Positions 26,396-39,426 of a stretch of 64,000 bases of DNA are shown here, piece after piece. This DNA is from Macrostomum hystrix (Eukaryota; Animalia; Platyhelminthes). The notes beneath the pieces were generated by a model. It saw only the letters and a list, made by a program, of their open reading frames with translations. It made no database searches and was not told the DNA's origin. The DNA is taken from the NCBI GenBank assembly GCA_950097015.1, contig CATNEN010000003.1, positions 6,138,001-6,202,000 of the forward strand. Direction: 5' to 3'. Positions within the stretch are counted from its first letter, which is position 1, and each line of letters opens with the position of its first letter. The position numbers and the translations under genes were made by a program.

Positions 26396-29337
26396 CTATT
26401 TAGTCGAAGCAGGGGCTTTCACCGAGCCAGTTGAAGAACCAGACGGTTTCAGAGTTGTAGCCAATGGCAACAATGTTGAACCTGGAGCTGTAGAACCACC
26501 GCCACTGCTGCTGACGTGGAAGAAGTAGAGCTGGAAAATAATTGCGAGGCTCAACTAAATCTGGCACCCATTTAACAGTTGGGGGAACTGAGTTATGCAA
26601 AATTAGATTCTTGTAATAACGGGAATAAATGATCCATAGAGTGGTTCTTGCTAAAGGGCTATAGTAACAGAAACTGTTGTGAAGTCTGGAATCGAACCCC
26701 CGACCTTTAAGTCGAAGATTCTGAAGCTCTAACCACAATCTAGGTTACAAATCACTTTAAAATGAACACACAGTTATCATCATAGGAGTTGATCGAAAAA
26801 GTTTTTATCAAAACTTTTTATCATAGAGGAATTGTGGAATCAATATTTGTATTACAAATGTACAAATAGGCATAGTTACTCCCACCCTTGGGGAGTCCGT
26901 GGCAGAGCGGTTACCGCGTTTCCCTCTCGCGCCAGGATCCCTGAGCTCGATTCCGAGGCGAGGCCATATTAATTTGGGGCGCAGCCGCGGAGAGAAGGCT
27001 TTGGGGGCTTGCCATGCAATTTACACTCTTGAGTGCCAACCTCCAAGGCACTATCTATCTATTTGCAGGGGGCCCGGGGCACTTGTCGCACAAGCGACGG
27101 AGCGGCACGCCCCCAGACCGGCGAACTAGGCGCTTTAGCGCCCATCGCGCCGCCTCCCCTGAGCAGGCACCACACACAGCAGCACAGACCAGCCGGGGAG
27201 GGCAGGAGGCACCCAGAATAGGCAGCAGTGTCCCCCACCCCCGCCCCACACGCACAGAGCAGACCAAGCCGGGGCGGAAGGCTGATAAGAAATCAGTCCT
27301 CAGGGGGAGCCGGGTGATGAGTGTACACTTATCCAATCGCGCTGACGGAAGTCCAGAAAGCGCGCGGCGGTGTACACCTGCCCTCCAGCCACCCCCCGCA
27401 AGGTCTCACGCCCCAGCGCCAACGCACACAACTCACACAACGCAGAACAGGCACACAGAAGGTAGGAGCGAAGCTATTATTTCAAGCTTTGATTGCACGA
27501 AATATGGTGCACCTCCGCCGGTCGCTACTGTCCAAACCCCCCAAGTCCCGAAATTAATCGTGACTTGAAGGGTGAATCGAACTAGCGTCCATTGGAGTGC
27601 GAGGCAGCGACGTTAGCCGCTGACCCACTCGCCCCAACCTCCAAGGCACAGTGAGTGTACACTGCCTGACGATGAGAAAGTCAGGGCAGATGTACACACC
27701 TGTGTAAGCGTGTGCCTGCGTACAGTATCTGTGTGCGTGTGTGCTCAGGAGTCAGCGGAATGGGCTGAATTGCATCCTCGCTGGCTGCGGGTCTAATGTT
27801 ATTTTAACCGTTTTACCAAAAAACCTGCAGGTTAAACAAACCTTAAATCCGACAGCCAGTAAAGCGTGCAACAGCATAGCAACCGTTAATAGACCAATAG
27901 CTGTTCGCCGTTCACCAGAAGACACGCTGGGCCATAGAGCTAAAGCTAGCACAATGCCAGATAGAACTAGAGCCAATAGGATTAGAATCCATTGAAGAAT
28001 GGCTAATTGTATAACGCACAATATAGCCACAGGAATATAGATAGACAATGAATAGCCGTACAGGCACAGCAGCTCCAGGTAGGCATATTTCTCAGGCAAT
28101 TGTCGCCACCAGGCTACAGCCCACAATAGCAGTGGTACTAGCCACCAATACAGATAGATTGCTGTAGCGGCGAATGTAACTTTGCGAAAATCGTACACCC
28201 AGATATAATCTCCACCGGATGCGGATGTTTGAAAGTAATCGGCCAAATTGCCGGCGATAGCTGTTGTAAATATAAGCGTAGTGCAAATCCAGAATGGGCC
28301 GTATAGATCTGGCGAATGGCGAATATCGTCCGCTACTAGGTTGCGACCTGGGCGTGGCACGAACGAGCTGAGAATACGTTTGCCAACCTGCGAGCATGGT
28401 TAGTATGGGATAATTCAAGTTGGATACTTTTAAGGTAGGGTAGAGAGCGTGATGGGAAACACGAGAGGGCGAAAGAGGGAGGAAGAGAAAGGGAAGGAGA
28501 GAGAATAAAATGGGGAAGGAGCGGATGAAGAGTGAAGGCAGAGAGGGAGAGAGTGAAGGGAGAGAATGAAGGGAGGGGGGAGTGAATAGAGGCAGTGGTT
28601 GGAAAAAAACTGAGAACTATCATGTGTGAATGAAGTTTTGAATGTGTCAGGGAGAATGTAGAGGTAGAGAACTTACAAGATTACTGATAATAAACTATCC
28701 AACTACTATTATGTTAGTATATAGTCGCAAAAACTAACCTGATTAGTATCAACATTGAAGAATCTTTGATAATAGGCCATAGACAGTACGCTAGGCTTTT
28801 TCTCTGGTTCACCGTCTGCACCATCGGAACCATCTTGACGACTGCCACCCTCGCGCAATAGCTGGGCTTGATCGCTGGAGCGTCCACTACTATCATACTG
28901 AACTTCGTCATCCTCTTCACCTTCGCCAAGACCAATAGAGGTGTCCCTAGCTGGGAAGTCTTTGTGCGGACTGTTTAAGTCAACTTTGGTGTATTCAATG
29001 TCTGGCGGGTAAATGAAGGAATTGGATATGAAGGCACACAATCACACAGGTTTGTACATCTGTTTTGACCTTCACTCTAGAATCATGCTTAAGGACTTTA
29101 ACAAACTCTACCATGCAAAATGTAGCTAAAGTTTCCATTAAATAAATCTCAATCTAAGCCTCCATCTTGGTAATGTTCTTGGTAATAATCTTCACTATTG
29201 TCTATCTTATATGTCTTGACTATAATGACTTTTACTATAAAAACTATATAGTGACCCCATTCATTATTAGAGAATTTTGTAACAAATTTCTTACAAAAAG
29301 TTTGCAAAATTAACTTACCTCTGAAATTTCTTGCCAT
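26396..29337 (-). CDS. YIPF1: Protein YIPF1 (Yip1 domain family)
   Basis: Exons 29337-29319, 29001-28739, 28387-27842, 26530-26396 join in frame; YYQRFFNVDT.QV..RIL.S..P, PDLYGPFWICTTLIF...IAGNL, DFRKV..AA..IY.Y, ELLCLYGYSL.IYIP, LHALLAVGFK|LYFF. Confidence 0.92.
26545..26742 (-). mobile_element. tRNA-derived SINE (CORE-like) in YIPF1 last intron
   Basis: Minus strand GTGGTTAGAGC...GGGTTCGATTCC...CTCAGTTCCCCCAACTGTTAAATGGGTGCCAG. Confidence 0.55.
26890..27795 (+). mobile_element. SINE family A split by a nested antisense SINE
   Basis: 26890-27051 plus 27634-27795 reconstitute the 7682 element. Confidence 0.8.
27052..27633 (-). mobile_element. Nested tRNA-derived SINE (family C)
   Basis: Minus strand starts GGCGAGTGGGTCAGCGG...GTTCGATTC and ends in an (ATAG)n tail; flanked by TSD CCAACCTCCAAGGCAC (27036-27051 / 27634-27649). 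Confidence 0.8.
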
Positions 29338-29999
29338 CTTCTTTGGTGTGATTTTAATAACAATTTAATTCTGAAAACATAGAATGATTTTTGTTGTTAA
29401 AAAGCATTCTTGTTGTTTAATATGTATAATATAGATTATAGACTATCTATAATCTTATTAGTCTAATAAAATAAACTGCCTATATTTAATTTTATAACCT
29501 TGCATCAAAAGTTGCTTCAAATATACATTTGTTTATGCAATATAATAATTTTCTACTAGTTCAGCATAACTTTTTATATTTAAGATAATGCTCAAACTTA
29601 TTGCTGTTTTTTGATTACATTGAATAGTATTCTTTTGATTAAACACGGGATTCAAACATAATTGGAAATAATATTTCATATCAGGTTTTTCATTTATTAA
29701 AGTATTAATTGAGTGAAATGTGCACAGTGTGCATATTGACATGTCTGTCATGCGCAACTATTGATCATGTGTTATATGACTTAAAACCTTTTAGGTTTTC
29801 AAAACCAACCAGTCACAAGACCTTGCAATTAAGTCATTGCTAATAAAAAACAACATTTTTAGGAAATTACCAGATAGTCACAATTAAGTATACAAATTTC
29901 AATCAATAAGATAACTAGTACATTTTTTTACATTTTAGCTTATAATGTATTGCTTTTGTGGCTGATATGGCCTCAAATATTGATCTTCTGATATGCTAC

Positions 30000-30765
30000 C
30001 ATACATGCGCAACACCCGGCTGAACTGGCCGAACCAGCTGGGTGAAACAAGGGCCAAGCAAGGTAAGTCGCAAAAACCAATCAACCAAGTGCAAAAATCG
30101 AAGGGGGGACCAAGGGACAAAAAAGGAAGGCGTGAAGAAGAGGAAAAAGGGGAGAGAAAAAAAGAGCAAATGAGAGCAAACTAAGTTGTAAATGTAGTAG
30201 GGATGCTTTTATCTTTTTTTAAGTCAAATTCATACCTATGCTCTTTGTTTTAATGCTCCAAATATTTTTATATGTAAAATATTATAAATATTCTGTCAAA
30301 TTCATTCATTTAAACAAACCTTTTTTGTGTATATAAACGAGTGCAATTCTTGTGAGACAAAGCAATGTGCCAGTGTGGCGAAAAGCAAATAAGCTATAAC
30401 TGAGTAAGAAGGTGTTGAGTTGGTTATTTGAGGCTGTGACCCTCTGATCCACAGAAAATGCCTAGCAGAGACTGGAGAATAAGAGACCAGTGCCTTAGAG
30501 GGATAAACTGCTCATGCCAGTGCAGAAGCGCTACCTAGGAGAAGCTCACAACGTAAGAGTTGTGATGTTAAAATGGCCCTTTTCAGGGCCACCAAGTTAA
30601 AGACATGGAGAGTGTGAATAGTAGAGAAGGAGCTAAAAGAATGGAAGAGGCCAAAAGATACGCTACCAAGAGAGAGAAAAGAAGCAGTCATAAGCCCTGA
30701 TTACATAAATAAAGCAAAAACTAAGTTGCATGGCTGGCTAAACTTTGGGAGGTTGCACATGTATG
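30000..30765. mobile_element. MITE with 8-bp TSD (hAT/P-like), carrying a solo LTR
   Basis: TIR CATACATG.GCAAC / GTTGCACATGTATG; TSD TATGCTAC at 29992-29999 and 30766-30773; body matches 32259-32530. Confidence 0.85.
30193..30705. mobile_element. Solo LTR (about 513 bp)
   Basis: TGTAGTAGGG...CCCTGATTACA termini, 4-bp TSD TAAA, absent from the sister MITE at 32259. Confidence 0.75.
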
Positions 30766-32258
30766 TATGCTACACTGAGCTAAGCAGCTTCCTATGTTTT
30801 GGACTTGCTGCTTTGAAAATGGCAATAGAACCCTTTCCTATCAGAACTGTGCACTAATGATTGTCAAATAACTCTGTCTTCTGATATAAAGTGACTGCTA
30901 TGCTTATTTTTGATGATAGTAACAACCACAAGTGGTAACATTATTGCTAGTTCAACATGAGCATTGTAGCTTAAAGATATCACTACAAAAACTTTTTAAT
31001 GCTGCATATGTAAGCCTAGGCTATATATAAGTAGAAATGTTTTTTTTATTTTAGTAAACTTAATTGGAAATCACTATTTACAACTTCTGACTGTCCTAAT
31101 GAGTAGGCCTAATGACATATCTACATTGTATAGTAGGTGACTAGGATCAAATCAATATCTCATTATAGGCCTAAGAATATCTTCTATTGTAACAATTATA
31201 GTGTAAAACTAGGAGTTTGAAATGCTTTAGTAATGTTTTTCACAACTTATTCTCCAACATTCCAATGTGCATATATATGATTTTAATCAGAAGAATAATT
31301 AGCAAGAGAATAATAATCCTGATAAGATTAAAAGACCAAAGGGGTTTCATAAAGACACTTTGGTAGGACTATGGCTTAAAGCCAGATGTAAGAGAGAAAG
31401 ACATTTTAGAAGCACTAGAACACTAGCCAACTTGCATTAGGCTAGGCCCCTACTTCTTGGTGGCAAAAATGCTAACTGCAAAATGGAGTTGGAAGCTCAC
31501 TGGGCACATTTGCTCTAACAACAATACTAGGCCTAGCATCAGCAGAGCCTATGGTCATGGTAGTTGTCAGAATGTCAAAAAGTATGATGGTCAAGCAAGC
31601 TAGGGTAATGTATCATCAACCGAACAAGAATTTTAACTCCTTCCTTGGTCTCATGTAAGACAGAAACAAGCCATTGTGTTTCACCGAACAACTAATTTAA
31701 AAGTCAAAGAAATTATCTATAAGCTGAGGCATGTCATGCAACGAAGCATTAAAAGGAAGGAAAGATATAGATGTTTCAGTAGAAATTTTTATCACAAAAG
31801 CATACTTTTTAACAACATTTTATCAGCATGTACTTTATACTAAGATTGTATGCGGTTGCTTTCCAATTAAATGACCATAAATGTAGTTATTTATAGAGCA
31901 TGAAAAATACTATCAAATGACATAATTCATGATAGTTCACTCCTTAAAATAAGATTAAACCACTCACTCAAATTGTAAAACCGAACATCAAATTCTCCGT
32001 TCAGTTTGAAGATATATGAAAATCATTGTTTGGTTTTAGATGAAAAACATGAATACCTTTTTTCCTATTTGACAAAATAGCAAAAGCATATACTCTTTAG
32101 AAAGATGTAACTGTTTTCTATAACTTGGCTTTTGATTTATAATCATATCTTAAATAGAAAATCTGTAGCTTAGGTTTGAAGTTAAAAAAATCCATATTCT
32201 TGTTTGGTTGATGATACATTACCCTACCAATTATGTGTAAGGCCTAATTGATTTCAAT

Positions 32259-32530
32259 CATACATGCACAACACCTGGCCGATCTGGCTAGGTGAAACGA
32301 GGGCTAAGCAAGGTAAGTCGCAAAAACCAATTAACCAAGCGCAAAAAAATCAAAGGGGGGACCAAGGGACAAAAAAGGAAGGCGTGAAGAAAAGGAAAAA
32401 GGGGAGAGAAAAAGAGAGCAAATAAGAGCAAACTAAGTCGTAAATAGAGCAATGAAACGAACTAAGTCGCAAATGAGAGCAAAAACTAAGTCGCACGGCC
32501 AGCTAAGATTTGGGAGGTTGTGCATGTATG
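32259..32530. mobile_element. MITE, same family as 30000-30765 (uninterrupted)
   Basis: TIR CATACATGCACAAC / GTTGTGCATGTATG; 8-bp TSD ATTTCAAT on both sides. Confidence 0.9.
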
Positions 32531-32956
32531 ATTTCAATTTTAAATTTGTGTTGCTAGCTTGCCTTGATTTGATTCCTTATGCAAGGATATTTTTTGGGTT
32601 GGCACACTACTAGACCTATGCTATCTAAGTACACCAGGGCCTACTTTGATATCTACTTGGCTTGTTGTTTGTAATTCTTTATTTTTACTAAAATTTACAT
32701 TTCCTATTATAAAGAAGTTGTCTAAACTGTTGTTAAACTATATATTTTAATTAATGTGAAAAAAATGCAAAACTAGAGGATTGCCTGTCAAAGCTAGGCC
32801 TATGTGTCAAAAGAATAATTATCAGTGAAAACTGTAAAAAAATATATATATACTTGAGATTTACAAATTAAGAAGTGTCTTACAACTCAGACACAGAAGC
32901 ACCAATGCACCATTTGTTTCTGAAATAAGCAACCACTACGCTCAATAGCACATGCA

Positions 32957-33067
32957 CCCTATGACCTACCGTTTAGTAGGGTGAAAGGGCATGAAAGCGC
33001 GATTTAACCGCGTCTAGACGCCATCGTTTTACGAGATCTTTTCCATCTAGACGGTAGGTCACAGGTT
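32957..33067. mobile_element. Small inverted-repeat element (MITE-like)
   Basis: ACCCTATGACCTACCGTTTAG vs reverse complement of CTAGACGGTAGGTCACAGGTT. Confidence 0.45.
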
Positions 33068-33674
33068 GGCACATGGGTTTTTCTGTTTAAACAGAAAATC
33101 CAGCAATTAACAATTTAAAAAAAAGTATTAACTTTTTGTTACAACTTAACAAAGTTTTACTTAATTTTAAATATTTCAACAGATTTTTACTAGAAAATTA
33201 CATGATAGTTATAAATTAAACTATTTTGAATAATTTATATTTATTAATACATTATCTTTTGTACTTTTTAAACGTGTGTTGCAGTTCCTGGAAGGACAAC
33301 GAAAGTCTTAAACGTCAATTTACAAGCTAGGCCCTACATACGGGTCCGACTTTCAGGCCGCTAAATAACGATCTAAGCAAACATTCTGTGTCGAATTGGT
33401 ATGAATTAAATAGTAACCCTTGAGCAAAAACAACGCTCTTTTCGTATTGAGCAAACATTTTACTAGGCCTATGTCAAATGCTTTTGCACATTTTTTAGTC
33501 ACTTCGAAATGTAGCTGTATACATAAATCGTTGAATCCTATTCATCATCACCATCAAATGCAAGCTAGATTTTGGCTATAGGCCGATTGCTACCCACCTA
33601 TTGTTGCTAAGTCAATATGCTTGGCTAAGCAAATTATACTATATTTGACTTAGTCAATAGTCACATACAAGTTA

Positions 33675-34134
33675 GGGTACCTGGACACTTCGTCATCTTA
33701 CAACTTCGTCACCCAGATGACAATCTGTCCAATATCTCAGAGGGTGGATGACGAAGAGACTTAGACTTGTGGACACTTCGTCATCTATAAAACAAGTTTT
33801 CAAAGTTACAACAGAACCACCCCTCCCTACCTCCTCACACTGTGTTGGCACCTATTTTTTAACTCTTATAATGAAATCAGTTTTGACACCTCTTTTTGAC
33901 AATTTAGAGTGTGAAGTGTGTTCACACCTCTGCCCCACCACCCCACCCTCACTTTATTGATGACAAACTTGATTAGGCCTACTTGTTATTAGTAGATGAC
34001 AAACTGACTAAACTTTAAAGCATGCCAATTGGCTGGATAATGAAGTGTCCTATCTTCCAAGTGGATGACGAAGTTGTAAGATGACGAAGTTGTAAGATGA
34101 CGAAGTTGTAAGATGACGGGGTGTCTAGGATCCG
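33675..34134. mobile_element. MULE-like MITE with repeat-built TIRs
   Basis: GGACACTTCGTCATCTTACAACTTCGTC at left; inverted GATGACGAAGTTGTAA arrays ending GTGTCTAGGATCC at right; no convincing TSD. Confidence 0.6.
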
Positions 34135-35469
34135 ACCAATAGGACATAATACTGGAACTTAAGGGCACAGGGGTACCGATCACTTTGGCAACAAGTCACT
34201 TCGGCGACAGTCATTTTGGCAACAAGTCATTTCAATGAATTGACTTTGGAGACAAGTTTTGATCACTTAGGCAATAATTATCCCCGAAAGATTATACCTG
34301 ACTCGATCATAAAACAATTTCATGCACAAAGTTTCAGATCACGCCAGTGTGTTATAGTTGATCACACTAGTTAGGTCGAAGTGCAGTCCGGAAAAATTGC
34401 CAACGAGGAGCGAAGCGAGCGAAGCGAGCGTAGCTCCTCGTTGGCAATTTTTTCGGACAAACGAGACCGATATAAGATTGCCCGGAGACTCCCCCAACGT
34501 AAAATCAACGTTTTAGAAACTAAAATTGATGCAGAATTAAAACCACTTCAGATGAAACCATGTGTGACCCCTCTATGGACGTAAAACATTTAGGGCTACA
34601 AGATGAGCGACGTGAAAGTTCCATAGCAACGCGTCTTGGTTGCCATGGCAACAAAAAAGTGACTTTTTTTAGACCCGTCGAAATCTTGAATCTCAAAAAA
34701 TAAGGATTCACAATATGGACTCAAAAATTGATTGAACCCAACTTTTGGCGAATTTTCAGACCTTCAAGACACTGATTGGTTATTTTCCGCTAAATGCTTA
34801 CCTTGATAGGTAATTCTGTAAAAGTGTGTTTTTTAAGTGTCAAAAAATGCGCATTTTTATCAACTTTCAACTGACGCAGCTCAAAGGTCGCGCGTCAGCG
34901 CGACCTTTGAGCTGCGTCATTCTAACGATGACACCTGGGACTCTTACATGACGCACGACTTTAACCAAGATACTCACTTTAACTGTACATTCGCACCTGT
35001 TAATTACATTCGAATATTCGACGGGTAGGTATTCGAACCGAAATAAAGGAAATTCAACCTTGTTGCGAGACTCTAAAAAGTACATGAATGCGGTCATTTA
35101 GGTAAGATCTACATGTTTATAGTACATTTTGAGCCGTTTCGTTGCACTGACTCTGAGCCATACACTGCTAAAGTCGATAAACGTGATTTAGGCTATTTTT
35201 ATGCATTTTTCATGATACAAATGTACAAAAAATAAGAAACGACGACATGCTAGGAAAATCAGACTTTTTAGGCAAGGTGCACAACTAAATTGCGCACAAT
35301 ATGTATATCTTGAAATTTCGTCTTAGTCTATTGACGTCGCTGCCGGTACAGAAATGTACTTTAACGACGGTACGGGGGGCTTGCATATCGAACATACTTT
35401 TTAGCCTGTAACTTTTGAGCGGATTACCGGAGCACGACGCACTTGGTGTCATTGAACTACATTTTAGAT

Positions 35470-36532
35470 GTACTTTAATTTGAATGTATGTTCGCTGTCA
35501 TTGCACGATGCGTTGTACACCTCAGGTCAGGTCACGTGACTTGCTGGAAATGAAATAATGACTTTGTACCTATACTAAGGATAGGTGAAGCGTAAGAATG
35601 AGCCAAAATTTGTACTTATTAGAAACACCTAGATGACTACTGTCAGAAAAAATGATATTCACGTCTGTCAGTTGCAAAATTTTGTTATAATTGACTTTTA
35701 AAATCAAAAAACGTGATTTTGTGCAAAAACAACCCATATGAGCACACATAGGGTGAAAAATTTATTGATTTTCGCTATGAGGTTCTTAGCTTCCAAGAGC
35801 ACTATTGTGCCCAGTAAACACGTACAGATGACTGCTATCTTCGTTAGTGTGCGAAAATTCGTATTTTTACGCTAATAACATTTACCGAATTACGAGGTTC
35901 CGGTGTTATGCGTTTTTTTTGCTATATTTCACGCTGCCATTTATTAATGATGCTACGCCAGGCCCTCAGTGTGGTGTCAATAATTAGCATTTAAAAAGTG
36001 CTTTAATTTGAGTGTATGTTCGCTGGCATTGCACGATGCGTTGTACACCTCAGGCCAGGTCACGTGACTTGCTGGAAATGAAATAATGACTTTGTACCTA
36101 TACTAAGGATAGGTGAAGCATAAGAATGACCCATATTAGTACTTATTAGAAACATCTAGATGACGACTCTCAGAAAAAGTGAGATTCACGTCTGTCAGTT
36201 GCAAAAAAAATTTATAATTGACTCTCAAAATCGAAAAACGTGATTTTGTGCAAAAACAACCCATTTGAGCACTACATAGGGCGGAAAATATATTAATTTT
36301 CGCTATGAGGTTCTTAGCTTCCAAGAGCACTATTGTGCCCAGTAAACACGTACAGATGACTGCCATCTTCGTTAGTGTGCGAAAATTCGTATTTTGACGC
36401 TATTAACATTTTACCGAATTACGAGGTTCCGGTACTATGCGTTTTTTGCTATATTTCACGCTGCCATTTATTAACGATGCTACGCCAGGCCTTCAGTGTG
36501 GTGTCAATAAATAGCATTTAGCAAGTGCTTTA
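35470..36532. repeat. Tandem duplication, unit about 530 bp
   Basis: TTTAATTTGA.TGTATGTTCGCTG.CATTGCACGATGCGTTGTACACC starts at about 35474 and 36002; copies highly similar. Confidence 0.9.
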
Positions 36533-39426
36533 AGATGACATCATGCGCATTGCGTTGCGTAAAAGTGTGGGTCCACAGTTTCGTAATAAGTTAAAAAGAC
36601 CTGATTTCGCAAAAATCTTTAAAAGAAGAAAATACCAAATAGGTAACTAAAAAGCCTTTTGAAACTGAATAAAAAATGCACATAAAAGTGCTATTTTGTA
36701 ACGTAAAAAGTCTTGCGTCCTGCAAAAATCTTCTATGGTGACTTTTTGGAGCCGTGAAGTGAAAAAACGTGCACATTTTTAAAGCTCTTGAACTTACTTT
36801 TTGAGTGGATATTTTGAAAATCAGCACTTTATAAATTGTATAACAAAATATAATTGAAGAAAGAAATAAGTTGCTTCAAAAACTGAATTAAAATAATTTT
36901 TAAATAATCAAATTGTACATTTCAGTCGTTCTGTTTCATATGGTTTCTACAAGAAAATCAAATTCAAATCGGCTATGTTAACAGTAGCATTCGAAATTTT
37001 TGTCGTACGGCAAATTTGACATGAAAATTTCAAAGCAACTTAACCAAGCAATCACTATCTAAATCTGAATTTTTTTCAAGCCTTTAATCTGTAGCTATTA
37101 TATTCGCTTTTTACTCTATATATTAGTATCCTACCTTATAAATACTTGTTTTACAATATATTGTATTCTACAAGTACAAGTTTTACTTGTAAATAATTCA
37201 ATTGTTACATAGGCCTATTTTACATTGTAAGTGTAAGCTTATAGTTTTCTTTTAAATTCTAACTGATGTATAGTATTTGAATAATATTTTATTATTCAAA
37301 CATTCTTTACTTTTATAAGGCGTAGATAATTAAGCAGAAGTGTTTATGTGTTAAACGAGATTCTTAGCAGTTTAATGCAATAATGCAGTTTTTAGATTGA
37401 TAGTTGCTGAATTTTTACCAAACCAAAGCTCTTGAAATGCACCATTTGCATTTTTGCAATTAATTGCCTTTTGGCGATTTATAGTGCAATTTGGGCTGCA
37501 ATGGCTGCAGAATTATTATAAGCAAAGCACTTACAAAATAAACCATTTGACTGTTTGGCAATTAACTGCCTTTAGGCAATAACTACTGTGAGATTAGTTA
37601 AATGCTCAATGCTTTTTGTTTTAGGCATGGCAGTACTTTTCTCTCAACATTGATTTGGATATTGATTGATTGATTTAATTTGTTTTGCATTTTTTAAGAT
37701 ACTATGTCTAATTATGGACTTAGCTAAATAATTAGCCTAGGCCTACCTAATGTTGGGTAACTTGTATTGAATGGCAAAGCATTTCACTGCAAAGGCATAT
37801 CTTGTGGTTTCACGTACCTGTAGGTGTTAAAATATACATTTAAAATGCTTAATTTAGTGGAAAATCTCATTTTAATATAAAGACACAGTGAACAGAATCC
37901 GAGTTTAAAAAAGTTTTTAAAACATAATTATGTTGTTAATTATAAGACTTTTTTTACAGAAATTTTCAATTTATTAAGGTAGCATGTTCACTTTCAACTT
38001 TGTAAATTTATTACCATTGCTAGCTATTCTACTTAGCCCATTTGTAGAAGAACTAATAAACAAGATTTAGTTTTTTTATCTAATTTTAAATATATTTATT
38101 ACTTGGTATTTTTCTACCAATAGCATAAATTGTATTGTTCAGATTTTCATCTTTAGAATTCCTAATCCAAATATACAGAATGTCCAAGATTTTCTATTAT
38201 GAGTATTATTTATTGGACCTTAGTATATGATATTAATAAAGTGGCTCACTTTGATTTTTAAATCTATTTAATAGAACTTTGTGATAAAAAAAATTAATGA
38301 ATGGTAAATTATAATTAATTAGGCCTAGTCACACAGGACATCTGTAACTAAAAAAACTTAGCATCTAAGTAGTTTACAATAGTTTAGCATTTTTAGGGTT
38401 TTATGTGTTGCCAAACTGTTTGCTTTCTACAGTATTTGGCTTAGGGCTGTATCCATAATTGGAAACAATAAGCTTCTAGATATGTACATTAGAGACATAT
38501 CTAGTATGTCTCTAATGTCTCTAGCTGTAACAAAAGAAAGAGCTTGTTACAGCTGGTGGTGTGTCTATGACGGATTTCACAATCTACTTCAAATTAAAAA
38601 TAAGACTTCCTGACTTCAGCAATCCTGCCAAAACGAAGAAAATGAACGCAACTCACAAGATCTGCGATCTGCGATTCGATCTGCAAATTCCAAGATCGAA
38701 CAACAGGTATCTACTTGAGTTAGAATTTAGTGATTTTAGAGACTTGTCAACATATATATTTGTTTCTTGGAGTCAATCGATACAAAATACAACACAAAGT
38801 CATTGTCAAAATAACGAATATAAAATACGAAAATAAATCAACAAGGAAAAAACGAGCACTATTTTTAATCTGCACAAGGCATGCTGTCCACAAAAAATGA
38901 CTATTATGAAATTTAAAAGTACACAAAAAAACCTTAAAAAATAAAGATTCGTCCAATTCATAACTGCAATAAGGCGGAAGGCCTTTTTGTTTACGAGTTA
39001 GAGTGGCAGCAAAGTTTGTGTGCTGCATTGCATGTATATTAATATACAACGCGAGAGCGAGATAGAGGGGTCTAGGGAGGTGCGAACTGGTGGCGTGACT
39101 TCATACCCCGGCTTAGCAAGCCGGCTGGCTGGGTGCACCAACCCCCACCTCAACTAGACTGAGGTTGAGGGGTTTTGGGTGCGGCTGCACTGGCGCTGGC
39201 TGGTCGCGTGTTGACTCTCCGCCACAGCAAAGTATTGTTCTTTTAGTTTCGACGACAAAAAGAAATTCTCGTAGTGGAAAGTTCCAAGGCAAGGATGAAA
39301 TGCAAAGATACATTTCTACACATTGCCATCATTTTGAAGAAATAAGCATATTGGCAGGAGTAAGTCATGAAATAAAATCTTATTGTTGACACTTAGAAGC
39401 AATAACCAAAGCACAGGCACAAACTT

